DNA of 64,000 nucleotides from assembly GCA_949358305.1 (NCBI GenBank), contig OX442314.1, forward strand, positions 28,210,001-28,274,000. The letters are read 5' to 3'. Positions within the stretch are counted from its first letter, which is position 1. Each line of letters starts with the position of its first letter. Positions 1 through 12,419 of the stretch are shown piece after piece. The stretch is from Strigamia acuminata (taxonomy: Eukaryota). The notes below the pieces were generated by a model that was not told the origin of the DNA, searched no databases, and saw nothing but the letters and a program-made list of their open reading frames with translations. A program made the translations under genes and the position numbers.

Positions 1-149
1 ATAGAAAATTTTGAGCAGGTAAAATCATCTAATCATGCTCCTAGGTTGACAAGCAATTGGTCAAGAGGCCCTAGAGTTATTCAGTTATCCATCTCTTAGA
101 TATTAAAAGTAATGCCAGCCTGTAGACACAACGCCTGTTGATCTAATTG

Positions 150-1080
150 TACCCGGTGACCCAAAATCAAACCGGCAAAACAACACAAGTGTCTGAAAAA
201 AAATTATACATTGTTCAATTAAATATATCTTAATTCTTTTAGTTGTGGGCAGTTTAATTACTGTTTCTAGGGCGGTTTTTCCGCTCTTTTGTTTGGTGTT
301 TAGTTTTTGACGAATCGAGCATTCGTTCTCAAGATTTTGCACTTTTAATCAATTTTTATCCCAATTCACTAAGTTTGATTGTACTAGTCATTCCTGAATT
401 TCAGATTTTGGGGTACTTTTGTGGATTTCTTCAGCGGTACTAATGCTTATATAGTTGCAGTGAACTTTTCAAAAAATACAGCATTTCGTGGTGGTGCTAC
501 TGTACCTATATCCCATTTTTGGTGTCATTAGACATCACATTAGCAAAAACACAAAAATGTAGCAAAATCTCACAAAATCTAGCAAAATCTCACAAAATCT
601 AGCAAAATCTTAGAAAATCTTGGAAAAACTTGAAAAATCTTGGAAAATCAAGAAAAATCTCGCAAAATCTTGAAAAATCTTGCAAAATGTTAAAAAATCT
701 CGCAAAATCTTGAAGAATCTCGCAAAATCTTGAAAAATCTCGCAAAATCTAGGAAAATCTCACGCCATCTCATGCCGGTACATTTGAAGATATCCACAAA
801 ACTACTGCTGAATTACCATAAAATCTAAAATTTAGGAATGACTAGTACAGTCAAACTACCGGTAGGCGAATTGGGACAAAAATTGATTAAAATAGCAAGA
901 ACAAAAGCTCGGATCGTCAAAAACTAAACACCAAACGAAAGAGCGGAAATAACTGCACCAGAAACGTTAATGAAACAACTCTGTCCACAAGTAATCAGTA
1001 ATACCGTATATATTTAATTGAACAATCTATAAATTTTTTTGAGACCCTGTATTGTCGGTCAGGTTATTTGGGCTACCCGA
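150..1080. mobile_element. Foldback/MITE-like element: ~290-bp imperfect inverted arms around a 10-bp satellite
   Basis: ~150-433 is the diverged reverse complement of ~785-1080 (e.g. ttttgtggatttcttca vs tgaagatatccacaaaa; ctagtcattcctgaattt vs aaatttaggaatgactag). TSD not resolved. Confidence 0.65.
558..760. repeat. 10-bp tandem repeat (consensus ~GCAAAATCTY / GAAAAATCTT)
   Basis: About 20 consecutive NNNAAAATCT units are visible. Confidence 0.9.
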
Positions 1081-1154
1081 AAGCATTTGTTTGTCATTTT
1101 AAATTTTAGTAGTATAAAGAATAACTACATTTGAAATTAAATCTGAATTCCAGC

Positions 1155-4100
1155 TTGGCCATTACACTTGCATGCCAGTTGAAAACAAAATTGTTGTATT
1201 TGTGATCCATGAAACACGAAAAACTGGAAATCTTAAGAGTGATCTAGATCTGCACTTATTTCAGGATCTCATCATCTGGAGACAAAATAAAGTTTACTTA
1301 CTGATACATTCTAATCACAATACTGTACGAGTGAATCGTCTAAAAATATGCGCAAAATGTTTATCTTGTTATGAATGAACATAATAATGCTTACAACTGT
1401 AATGGATACTTGGTCAATATGTTGGCAAATTCGTCCTGATCACATGGGTCCAGTAATATGTTAGAACAAATTCTATAAGCTAAAAATATATTATTTTTAT
1501 TTCTAAGAAGATTAACATTCAGTGTATTTGATCTTCATACTTTTAGTATATTAAAAATAAAATCACTGCCACTTTATTTTTTTTTATTTTATATCGTAGA
1601 ATTCAGGCTTATTTGCATTGGAATACCGATTTGAGGAGCACATTTTTTTAAAAACAAACTTAGCCATTAATTGCTTAGAACAAATAAAATGTCAATTTGA
1701 AATAATTTCGCAGACAACATTATTGTTGAAAAAAGACAATTTCACTGTAGGAAAGGTGAATTGATCATGTTATAATCTAGTACAGTCGGACCCGGAAAAT
1801 TTGTAATAAAAGTTCGTTATAACAAACAACACTGATTAATTTTCAAAAATCGTTGTAACGGGCTTGTTGGTATTAGTGTTCCCAAAAACTGGATTGTAAA
1901 TAACGAACAATTCGTTATATTAAAATTTGTTATATCAAATTTTTTTTACATGGTCTTCTATGCTGACTAACCAAATAATTCGTTATACCAAAAATTCGTT
2001 ATACCAAAAATTCGTTAAAACGCGGTTCGTTATAAAGTAATAAACGAGGTTCGACTGTATTGCAAATACCGCTACTGCATTACCTTCCTGCAATTGTTGC
2101 AAATTTTTCTACTGCGTAGAAAGAAGTCAACACAAAAGTCAAATACAAATTACTTTACCATGAAGTCCTAAAGGATGTTCTGAATAAAATGAGTAACTTT
2201 TGGTAAACAAAGTTCATTCTAAACCACTTTTCACTAAACTGACCAAACTTTAATATTTTTGTAGCTCAATAGTCATTTTTACATTTGAGAAAGCTGAAAA
2301 TGCAATAAGAAATCTGAAAAACAAAGTACATCAAAATTAAGTATAAATCAAAAAGTTATGATATCGGCTATAACGGTGCATTATCTCTATTACTTATTAG
2401 ACATGGGATGTCAACACAGTGGGCTTTTTAATTACTTCAGAACGTACGCTCATCTTTGACTTCATAGTCGTTCCAGTCAAATCAGACACACTTGGATTAG
2501 TCGTGCGACAAGACAGCAACATCAGAGATTATTTGTGGATGACATTTTTCAAACCATTTCCCCCGACTGTTTGGTTATGTATTTCGTTTACCTGCGTGTT
2601 CATTGAACTCTCTCTGGCTTTGATAAGCAAATACTACAAACACCCGGCTTCAACTTCAGGTAATAACGCTTCAATTTGATTGAAAATCAATTCACAGGCC
2701 ATTTTTTATAATTCCTCAAAGTTCATACAATTACGGGAGCGAGAAACTTCTTTCTTTTGCTAATTATGGGAAGCTACAGTGTGGTATTGTACGCATCACT
2801 CACTGTTACAACATCACGGCCTCGATACAACAACATACAAGACATATTGTTGGAAGACAAAATAAACTTATACGCCTTTCGAGGTTTCGGTGCTTACACG
2901 ATTATTAAGGTAATAAAGGAAAAAAATAAAATGACAAATTGTTGTAGGTAATTTTAAGACATGGTAACATAACATCATGAGAGTAATGAGATTCTGCTCG
3001 ACATCAACAAGTCCTGCGGTTGAAACGTTTTAGTTTTGCATAAAAAGACTACCGTATCTGTTTGCTTCATCTACAAAGTGCCATTATTTCAGAAATTAAT
3101 CATTTTTGCCCCTGAGAAGTGCACTTTTGAGCCTTAAAGAAAACACTTTCTTGATTTCTGCATAAAAAGTGCATTTATTAAAAAAATATAGAAATATTGT
3201 CTACAGCTACGCAATATTGTCATCTTTGGCAGGTCACTGGAACTTTAGGAACGTCCTTTGCAAGAAAAGATGGCTGCATATTCAACCAACCTTCTAATGA
3301 ATTTTTATTTCATTGGCAGAATGCAAAAACAAATCTTACACGGGATCTTTGGGACCAGATGGAAAAAAACTCCAGACAAGGGAACATTTCGACGGAAGAA
3401 GCTCCTCAACTGCTTTTACATGATTACAATGCCATCGTTCATACGTACGATTCTCTGAAACATTTATACGGATCAAACTGCACGTTCAGTTTTATAAAAA
3501 TCCCGATCACCACGGCTTCTTACTATATGTTTAATAAAAAATCAAAATATGTAGACTTATTTAATCAGAAGTAAGTATTGGGACGAGCAAATTTACAACG
3601 ATTTTAAAATTAAACTCCCGGAATTCATTTCAGTATTTTGGCGCTAAAAGAAAGAGGAATCATGAAGAAACTTTCCGATAAGTACAAAACACCAACCATC
3701 TGCGAAACAACAAATTATGACCAAAAACCCATTTCTATTTATCACACAATCACGGCATTCGTAATTGTCATTGGAGGAGTTTTCGTTTCTGCAATAACAT
3801 TTCTCACGGAATTTCTTTCGTACAAAGTTTTAATCTGGCACCATGCAAACATAATAGAATTGCTGCGTCTACCCACATTAGCAAATATAATTACATATCA
3901 ATATAACTACCATTCCATTTCATTGAAATCACGGATTTTCTTGGAATTTCAAAACAGCAAAGATCAAGATCAATTGGCAACAAGCGAGTCCGATTATCCT
4001 ACTGACACGTTTTGTCAAGAGGGGGCGGTAGCGCCCCCATCAACCCCCACAAACCTAACCTTATAAAAAAACAAAAAAAAGGAAACTTATTTAATCAGAA

Positions 4101-4365
4101 GTAAGTATTGGTGCGAGCAAATTTACAACGATTTTAAAATTAAACTTTCGTAATTCATTTCAGTATTTTGAAGTTAAAAGAAAGAGGAATCATGAAGAAA
4201 CTGACCGATACGTACAAAACAACAACCATCTGCGAAACAACAAATTACGACCAAAAACCCATTTCTATTTATCACACAATCACGGCATTTCTGATTCTCA
4301 TTAGAGGAGTTTTTGAGTCCGGAATGGCATTACTCGTTGAATTTCTTTTTAGGACCAAGTTTTAA
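1155..4365 (+). CDS. Divergent ionotropic receptor (IR/iGluR-like chemoreceptor), multi-exon; 5' end may lie outside the window
   Basis: GT-AG exons at ~1599-1755, 2119-2202, 2265-2326, 2401-2659, 2722-2909, 3320-3570 and 3634-. They encode S1 'ITSERTLIFDF', pre-M1 'FFKPFPPTVWLCI', M3 'IMGSYSVVLYASLT', S2 'FNQ.ILALKERGIMKKL' and M4 'PISIYHTITAFVIVIGG'. The last exon is duplicated at ~4164-4365. Confidence 0.8.
1781..2059. mobile_element. pogo/Tigger-type MITE in an IR intron
   Basis: Termini TA-CAGTCGGACC ... GGTTCGACTG-TA with internal TTCGTTATA repeats. The same terminus (aacgaggttcgactgta) recurs at ~39581 and ~62916. Confidence 0.7.
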
Positions 4366-5075
4366 TGTGGCGGCTGTGTAAACAAAACCACCTAATCAGC
4401 ATTGTAGTACATAACAAGGTCCGGCATTGAAAAAATCTTTACAACATGATAATTCAACAGTACTTACGTTTACACATTTACCGATTTACCATTGACTCGC
4501 ACCTTACTAACACTATTGTTCTGCTGCCAAAGACGAATAACATTGAGACAAAAACCAATTTACTTACGAATTAAGATTCTCTTTTGCTTCGCATCGAACG
4601 GTTGATTTGGTTGGCTCAATTATATTGATGGTTTGATTTTGTTCCAGCTGCAGCATGTTTGAGGTCTGTCAAAGAGTTTTTTAATCTTGAAAAATTAAAC
4701 GAAATGAAAAAAAAACCACGTACAAATTACTTCCGGCTGATCCAAGGCCGCCATTTTCAAACGAGCACTGTTCTGTGGCTAGAAACCTTGAGATTTACGT
4801 ATGGACACCTTTGACGATTGTAGCGCCAGCTATGGATTTTGAACTTACTGAATATTTGAATATGTACTTTATTTTCTTGCTTGCCAAGTGCAAAAATAAA
4901 TTACAGACTAAGAAAATTGCATAAATTAACATTAATAGTTGCAAAACAAATATTTTTAATAAAAAAAAGGCAAAATAAAATGCAAAAATAACAATAAAAA
5001 TTTGTGATAATGTTTTTACAACTGCCGCAGATAATTCAAAATGATGAGTCAAGTTTATTAAATCACTTTTAACAT

Positions 5076-8000
5076 TTACAGATACAAACTAGCCGTAAAA
5101 ACTATGTCCCGTTTAATCAGTCGAATTCCTTCGGCAAACTTATTTTCCAACTCCGCATTTCCAATTGCTTTGGACGCTTGGCACATTTGCCTCAAAAGTT
5201 CCTCCAATCTCCGTATACAACGAATAATACTCCCTGGACATTAAAAAATAAAAATAAATAAATAAGTAATTATTTTAACTAGTCGGCACAACATCCGACC
5301 GTCATAAAATACCTTCAAATACGTCGGTCATTTTACAGATCTCACTGAAAGGCGAATTCTTGGTCCAGGCGTACACGACATCCATGAGGTGCGGTCGAAA
5401 ACTTTCAACGTATTCATCTTCCTGCAACTCCAACCTCGACTCAATGCTCACTTTAGCGATGTGTCTAGCTATTTCCTACAAGAAAAAATAAATAAACATC
5501 TGTATTGCAGAGAAGCATTACATATTAGACTTCTAAACCCTGTCCCTTTGTCCCTAAATAAAACACCGTAATAAAAGAAAATAAAGTAATTAAAAAATAA
5601 TAATTTTGGCCAATATAAAGCAACAACAAACAAAATCCCACCAAAATTTGATCAAAAATGATCAAATTCGCGTAAGATAGTCAACAACAGCCATCAGCGA
5701 CTGTCAGCGCCCCCGACAACTACTCAAACCAATCGAAGACGCTCTTACCTGCATCTGACGCAGCGGCCCGCTCAATTCATTCGTCAATTTGGACAATTCA
5801 TTCGACTTCTCCTGAAACACAAAGCACGACAACAACGCTGTGCACTGCGGCACGCTCAAATCGTTGAAAACTCCGTTGAAAAGTAGTTCCGTAATCAACA
5901 GCTCGTCTCCGCTGCTTATCTCGCACGCAACCCGGCCCTTCACGTCGATCACATCGGCCGCGTTGCAGTATCCGAGTCGGCGCAAGATCCTTTTGCGACA
6001 CTTCAGCTCGTCCATCTGCAGCAAGGACTTGGCTTTCTTCAGCTCGTTCTTGGCCGCCTTCAGTTCTTCCATCAGCTCCAACTTGTGATTCAACTGTTCC
6101 AACAGCTCTGTCTTATTCTTCTCCTTGTGCAGCGAGTGCGCGCGCGTTTGCTTCTCCAGCGCTTCAATGTTTCGAACGAGCGCTTTAAAACTCTTGTGCG
6201 TGATGCCCATGTCTTCGATCGGGTCCAGCAAAGGCACGCCATTCGGATGCCGCCGTTGAACCTCCTCCAAAGACTTCAGCACGCTCATCCGGTTGTCCAA
6301 CGGCCGCAGATCTTGCGGGTAGAATATACGAATGGCGCTCACTTTCGAGATCAGATTCGTCATGACAGGAACCACCTGGCAAAATTAAATACAACTTTAT
6401 TTAGCAGCCCAGACCCCTTCAGTGGGGCCCATTCAGTGGGGCCCATTCAGTGGGGCCCATTCAGTGGGACCCATTTAATGGGGCCCATTTAGTGGGGCCC
6501 ATAGAGGGGCCCATACAGTAAGGCCCATATAGTGGAACCCATAGAAGGGCCCATACAGTAAGGCCCATATAGTGGGGCCCATTTAGTGGGGCCCATAGAG
6601 GGGCCCATACAGTCAGGCCCATATAGTGGGGCCCATTTAGTGGGGCCCATTCAGTGGGGCCCATTTAGTAAAACCCATTTAGTGGGGCCCATTTAGTGGG
6701 GCCCATTTAGTGGGGCCCATTCAGTGGGGCCAATTCAGTGGGGCCCATTTAGTAAAACCCATTTAGTGGGGCCCATTTAGTGGGGCCCATACAGTAAGGC
6801 ACATACAGTAAGGCCCATACAATGGGGCCCGTTCTGTGGGGCCCATACAGTAAGGCACATACAGTAAGGCCCATACAATGGGGCCCGTTCTGTGGGGCCC
6901 ATTCAGTGGGGCCCATAAAGGGGCCCACAATGAGGCCCATTCTGTGAGGCCCGTTAAGAAGGGCCCATACAAAGGGGCCCGTTCTGTGGAGCCCATTCAG
7001 AAGGGCCCATTCAGAAGGGCCCGTTCTGTGGGGCCCGTTCTGTGGGGCCCGTTCTGTGGGGCCCATAATGGGGCCCGTTCTGTGGAGCCCATTCAGAAGG
7101 GCCCGTTCTGTGGGGCCCGTTCTGTGGGGCCCGTTCTGTGGGGCCCGTTCTGTGGGGCCCGTTCTGTGGGGCCCGTTCTGTAGGGCCCAGAAATTTGGAG
7201 TTACAACGTCACCTGCATTTCGCCTTTTTCTCCGGGTGAACACGGCTTCAGCGTTGAAGTTCTCTTCGTGTTTATGCTGTCCGCACTCAAATGCAAAAGC
7301 ACTTCGACTATGTAGATGGATTCGCTGTCCTGCGAGTTGTTCTTCGCCACTGATTTCTTCTTGTAATTCACAACGATGCCCCAGCCGAATTCGATTCCAC
7401 CGCTGCAAATCTTGAAAAAATTAAGAAATGAAAAATAATTTTTAAAATAAATTTAAAAATAAATTGATTTTTTGTTTAGTTTTACTTTGATCATGCGCCC
7501 AGGTTGCAAAAACGGAACCAGGTATTGCGGTTTGATCAAATAAGCGCGAAATTCCTTGGCGAGTTCCTCCATTTTGTTATTTATGTCGTGGTAGCTCGAC
7601 ACCACGTCCTCGTTCTCGATTTCGACGCCGGACAATTTATCTCTGATTTTTTCCATTTCTAAATCGAGAAATTTTACATTTATTCGTCGATTTGTTTTGT
7701 GTTAAAAAGTTAAGTGTTCGCTCACTTTCGAACAACGTCGGAATGGCCGCGTAGTTTTGGAATTGGAAGAAACAGCGCTCCAGCATGTACTCCGGGTTGA
7801 TTTCTTCGACGCGTAGTAAGTTGAGGACCATGTTGTAAGTCAAGTGAAAGGCGCTGTTGATCGGGTCGGCGTGACCCTTGACGAGGTTTTTGCCAACGGA
7901 TGGACTCATTTTCTCGTCCACCATTAAAATGACGATTCCTTTCTCGTCCAAACCTCTTCGGCCGGCCCGACCGCTCATCTGAATGTATTCGCCAGACGTC

Positions 8001-11000
8001 ATCTACAATATTAACTCGCAAATGTTAATTTTTATGCGAAAAAAGACTATTAAATGTTTGCACGAAATTTTATAAACTATTCCTGACGAAATGTGTGAAT
8101 TGTTACCGATCTGATAATGAAAAACAGCAAAAAAATGCATTTTTACGCAAAAATGTAGTTTTGCAGCTTTTTTTTAATGCAAAAATGCAGTTTTGCAGTT
8201 TTTTTTAATGCAAAAATGCAGTTCTGCAGTTTTTTTTAATGCAAAAATGCATTTTTTTTAAAATGCAAAAATGCAATTTTTTTAAAATACAAAAATGCTT
8301 TTTTTTTAAAATGCAAAAATGCATTTTTTCTGATTTGATGATGCAAAATGGCACTGATTGCTACATTTGTACATTTCGAGATGCGGAATGTAGTAAAATA
8401 CAATACGTTTGCAAAAATGCATTGTTTTCACCACGGAAAATGGCAAAAAAAATAGATTTTCCGCACAGTCTTCATTGAAAACATTCAAAACCTTCACCAC
8501 AATATTTCCAACCCAAACATTTACCCATCTAAAATCCTTTCCATCAAACTTCCTCGCATTTGTAAACAAAACCGTCCTCGCCGGCATATTAAGCCCCATC
8601 GCAAACGTCTCCGTCGCGAACAAAGCCTAAAACAAAATTTAAAAAAAATAAACAAAACAAAAACTTAAAAAAAATTATAAACAAAAAAAAATACGACCAC
8701 AAATACCTTAATCAATCCTTCCCCGAACAAAATCTCAATCGTTTCCTTCAAAATGGGCAAAAGACCCGAATGATGAATCCCGATGCCGCGCATCAACAGC
8801 GGCAAAACATGTTCCACTTGCGGCAACTTCTTATCGTTGTCCGACAAGATGTCCATCGCGTTATTGAACACTTCCTCGACCAAAACCTTCTCGTCGCTCG
8901 TGTTAAAATCCAGCTTGGACATCTGCAGCGCGTACGCTTCACATTCCTTCTTGCTGAAACTGAACACGATGACCGGTGCAAAATTCCTCTCCATCACCAT
9001 CTTCACTATTTTGTAGCAATTCGAATCGTTCCCTTTGAATCCGCCTTTGCGTCCCTTCTGGTCGCCCTTGGCCGCGTCCCCGGCATTCTGCAAAACCGCC
9101 ATCGCCTTGTTGAAATTCTCTTCTCGGAATTCGCCCTAAAAATCGAGAAAATTTAACGATTTTCTGCGAAAATTTCATTATTTTTCAACGAAATTTTACA
9201 TTTTCGTCCACGACCAAGTGCAGGCCGTCGCCACCTGCCGGGAAAATGTAGTGTTGGAGGGGCACGGGCCGGAAATCGGTGTAGACGACGTGGCAGGGTT
9301 GTTTGTGCAAGTGGCAGATCCATTCGGCAAATTGGCGCGCGTTTGGAATGGTGGCAGAGAGAAAAACGTAGCGGACGCTGTCGGGTAGGAGAATGATGGT
9401 TTCTTCCCAAACTACTCCTCTGTCTGTAAAATAAAAAAAATTAATATATACATTTTTTTTATTGTTTATAATATAAATAACCTTTGTCTCTCATGTAATG
9501 TATTTCGTCGAAAACGACCCAACCGACTTCGCGGGTGACTTCCGAACCACGATACAGCATGCTACGTAAGATCTGGAATCAAATTCTAATTTATTCTTAT
9601 TTATTTAATTCTTCCTTAAGCTTAAACATTTATTTTTACGCTTAAAAATGTATTTTTACGCTTAAAAATTTATTTTTACGCTTAAAAATGTATTTTTTAC
9701 GCTTAAAAATTTATTTTTACGCTGAAAAATGTATTTTTACGCTTAAAAATTTATTTTTACGCTTTAAAAATTTATTTTTACGTTTAAAAATTTATTTTTA
9801 CGTTTAAAAATTTATTTTTACGCTTAAAAATTTATTTTTACGCTTAAAAATTTATTTTTACGCTTAAAAATGTATTTTTACGCTTAAAAATGTATTTTTA
9901 CGCTTAAAAATGTATTTTTACGCTTAAAAATGTATTTTTACGCTTAAAAATGTATTTTTACGCTTAAAAATGTATTTTAACGCCTTAAAATACATTTTTA
10001 TGCTTCCAAATAGTTTCTAAAATTGATATATATGTTTAAAAATGTATTTTCTTTACTTAAATATGCATTTTTACGCCTAAATATGCATTTTTACGCCCAA
10101 AATCTGCATTTTTACGCCTAAATTATAGATCTTAACTACTATTAAAATAAATTTTAACTAGAAAAACTGTTTTATTTGTTCAAAAAGAAGCTTAGGTATA
10201 TTTTCTAACCAATTATTCGTCTGTATTCGTATAAATGATCGTCAAACTATCGTTTATTCACTCACAAACAACTTTGTCCAGCAATAATTACCTCTGTGGT
10301 CATTATCAAACAACTAGCTGACGGATTAATCGTCACATCACCAGTCATCAAACCGACATCTTTAAACTCTTCATAAAATTCACGATACTTTTGATTACTC
10401 AACGCCTTAATTGGCGTCGTATATATCACCCGCTGTTTGTTTTTCAGCGACATAGCCACCGCATACCTAAAATAAAAAATTAAAAAATAAATAAATACAT
10501 TCAAAGTAAAAAAAAAAATAATAATAATAATTTTTATATTACTCTGCGACAACAGTTTTTCCAGCTGATGTGTGCGCCGATACGAGAACAGATTGATTAT
10601 TTTCCAAGCACAAAATCGCTTCCTTTTGAAACGGATCGAGAATAAATGGATATTCTCGGATCGGTTTATCAGCCGACAACCTCAACGGAGTATAAACATC
10701 ATCAGGTGGCAGCGCAACCTAAAATAATACACTTTTATGAATAATTTTTAAAATTTTAATAATCTATCCACGTTTTTTACTTCGTGCGTGCAAGCTTCGA
10801 CGGTTTCGACCGTGTGAATTTGAATTCTGGGCATACTGTCCGTTAAACTGACCAAAAATCATGCATTTAATGTTTAATTTTTAATCAATAAATTTATCCA
10901 AATGTTTACTTCAAATCATTCGACGCTTTTTTCTTCGTCTTCTTATGTTTTGGACTTTCACTCGCTTCATTTTCGGACGTTTCTTGCGTTTCCAGTGATC

Positions 11001-11214
11001 TTTTTCGGTTGAGTATTTCATCAATCACTTCTTTAGCTCTGAAACAAGTTGAATAAATTTGTTTTTAGGATGGATAATAATTTAAAATCACGTGTTCAAC
11101 TGTATAAAACCTAGCTACGGCTTCTGGGTCTTCCGTTTCGTCTATTTTCTTGCATTTCGAAGCTGGCTCGCTATTAAAAACATCAAAGAGATGATCACCA
11201 AACACTCCCGCCAT
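5076..11214 (-). CDS. MTR4: Exosome RNA helicase MTR4 (MTREX/SKIV2L2), multi-exon
   Basis: ATG at 11214 ([13 protein letters not shown]). Motifs include [79 protein letters not shown], the arch/KOW exon, [14 protein letters not shown] and C-terminal [11 protein letters not shown] (TAA 5076-5078). Confidence 0.97.
6410..7190. repeat. ~14-bp GC-rich minisatellite (CAGTGGGGCCCATT and variants) filling an MTR4 intron
   Basis: Dozens of units with a palindromic GGGCCC core, lying between MTR4 exons at ~6376 and ~7213. Confidence 0.95.
8125..8330. repeat. Degenerate TGCAAAAATGCA/poly-T tandem repeat in an MTR4 intron
   Basis: Repeated aatgcaaaaatgca units separated by T-runs. Confidence 0.8.
9626..10120. 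repeat. 20-bp minisatellite (TKTATTTTTACGCTTAAAAA) in an MTR4 intron
   Basis: About 17 near-identical units, degenerating toward 10120. Confidence 0.95.
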
Positions 11215-11939
11215 TTTGAATGCTCCTTTACGGTAACCTGGTGGCGACATTTCAATTACACCAAAACTACGGAAGCCAGACAGAACCGTGCAAAAAAAAT
11301 AATAAAAATAAATCAGATTTCTTTTTTTTTTTATTTAATTAATACTTTTCTCATTTTATTGGATTTTTTTTATACTATTTTTACGTGTGAACACATGAAA
11401 TATGCAACACAATTTAGACAAAAGATGATAATACTAATAAATTTCAATTTCATGACATCAACTCGAACGATCCACACACACGTTTTCGAATTCCTGGCAA
11501 CTGCTAAATCACGCGTTGAGGGATATCCACATACCGCGGAATTTTGCACTTGAATGTTTTACTGCTATCAACTAAAATAAACAAAACAAAAATAATAATG
11601 TATAAAAATAAATTAATTAATACACTATGCCCGGAAAAAAGGGCGCCCATATGTGCTAATTATGCAAATAACTGGACAATTTTGCTAATGGATAGCTGAG
11701 TGCCCCTCAGGTTCAAAATTTACAAAATAAATATTTTATTTGTATCGAAATTTTGTGCAAATTTATCACATGGGCCCCAAAAGTCACAATACGGCCCTGG
11801 TACTGCAAACGCTGTTCAACTGGACCAAATTGGAATATCGTAGTTTTCTTATTCCAAAATATTTATTCGTTTTAAAACATGTAAATAACTTTTACATCAT
11901 CATTTTTGCTGTGTTAATTAAATCGTCTGAAGCTATAAC

Positions 11940-12240
11940 TACTGTTCGCGCCCGGTATCTTGATGCTAAATTCGTACTGCGCATCCCATTTTGCGCAGAC
12001 GAATATCTAATTCCAGTTACCGTATTTAGCAGTATTATAAGCCTAATATAAGGCCTAATAATGCTAAAAGTAATTTACAGCGTAGTACCAAAATATGTTT
12101 ATTTATTTACTTTAATTTTAGCATTATTAGGCCTAATATTAGGCTTAATACTACTAAATAACAACTGGAATTAGAAAATCGTCTGCGCAGAATGGGATGC
12201 GCAGTAGGAATTTAGTATCACGATACCCGGCACAAACTGT
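11940..12240. mobile_element. Palindromic MITE-like element (~130-bp imperfect arms), possibly nested in a Tc1-like shell at ~11621-12390
   Basis: tactgcgcatcccattttgcgcagacga pairs with tcgtctgcgcagaatgggatgcgcagta, and aggcctaataatgctaaaa pairs with ttttagcattattaggcct. Confidence 0.7.
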
Positions 12241-12419
12241 GACGCAAAAAATACTCGGTCTTGTGCACCAAAAAGGTCAAAAGGTGATGTCATCATCACG
12301 AATTTTTTTGTTACAACGGTGAATATTTAGGCCTACTAGTTATTTTCGTCAATACGATAGGGGGCCCTTATATCCGGACACGGTGCAGTATAGAATATTT
12401 AAAAAAACCAATCAACCAA

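Noticed and set aside
6410..7190. CRISPR-like array, or coding ORFs in the GGGCCC repeat
   Set aside because: There are no unique spacers or cas genes and the array lies in a eukaryotic intron. The ORFs are translations of the repeat.
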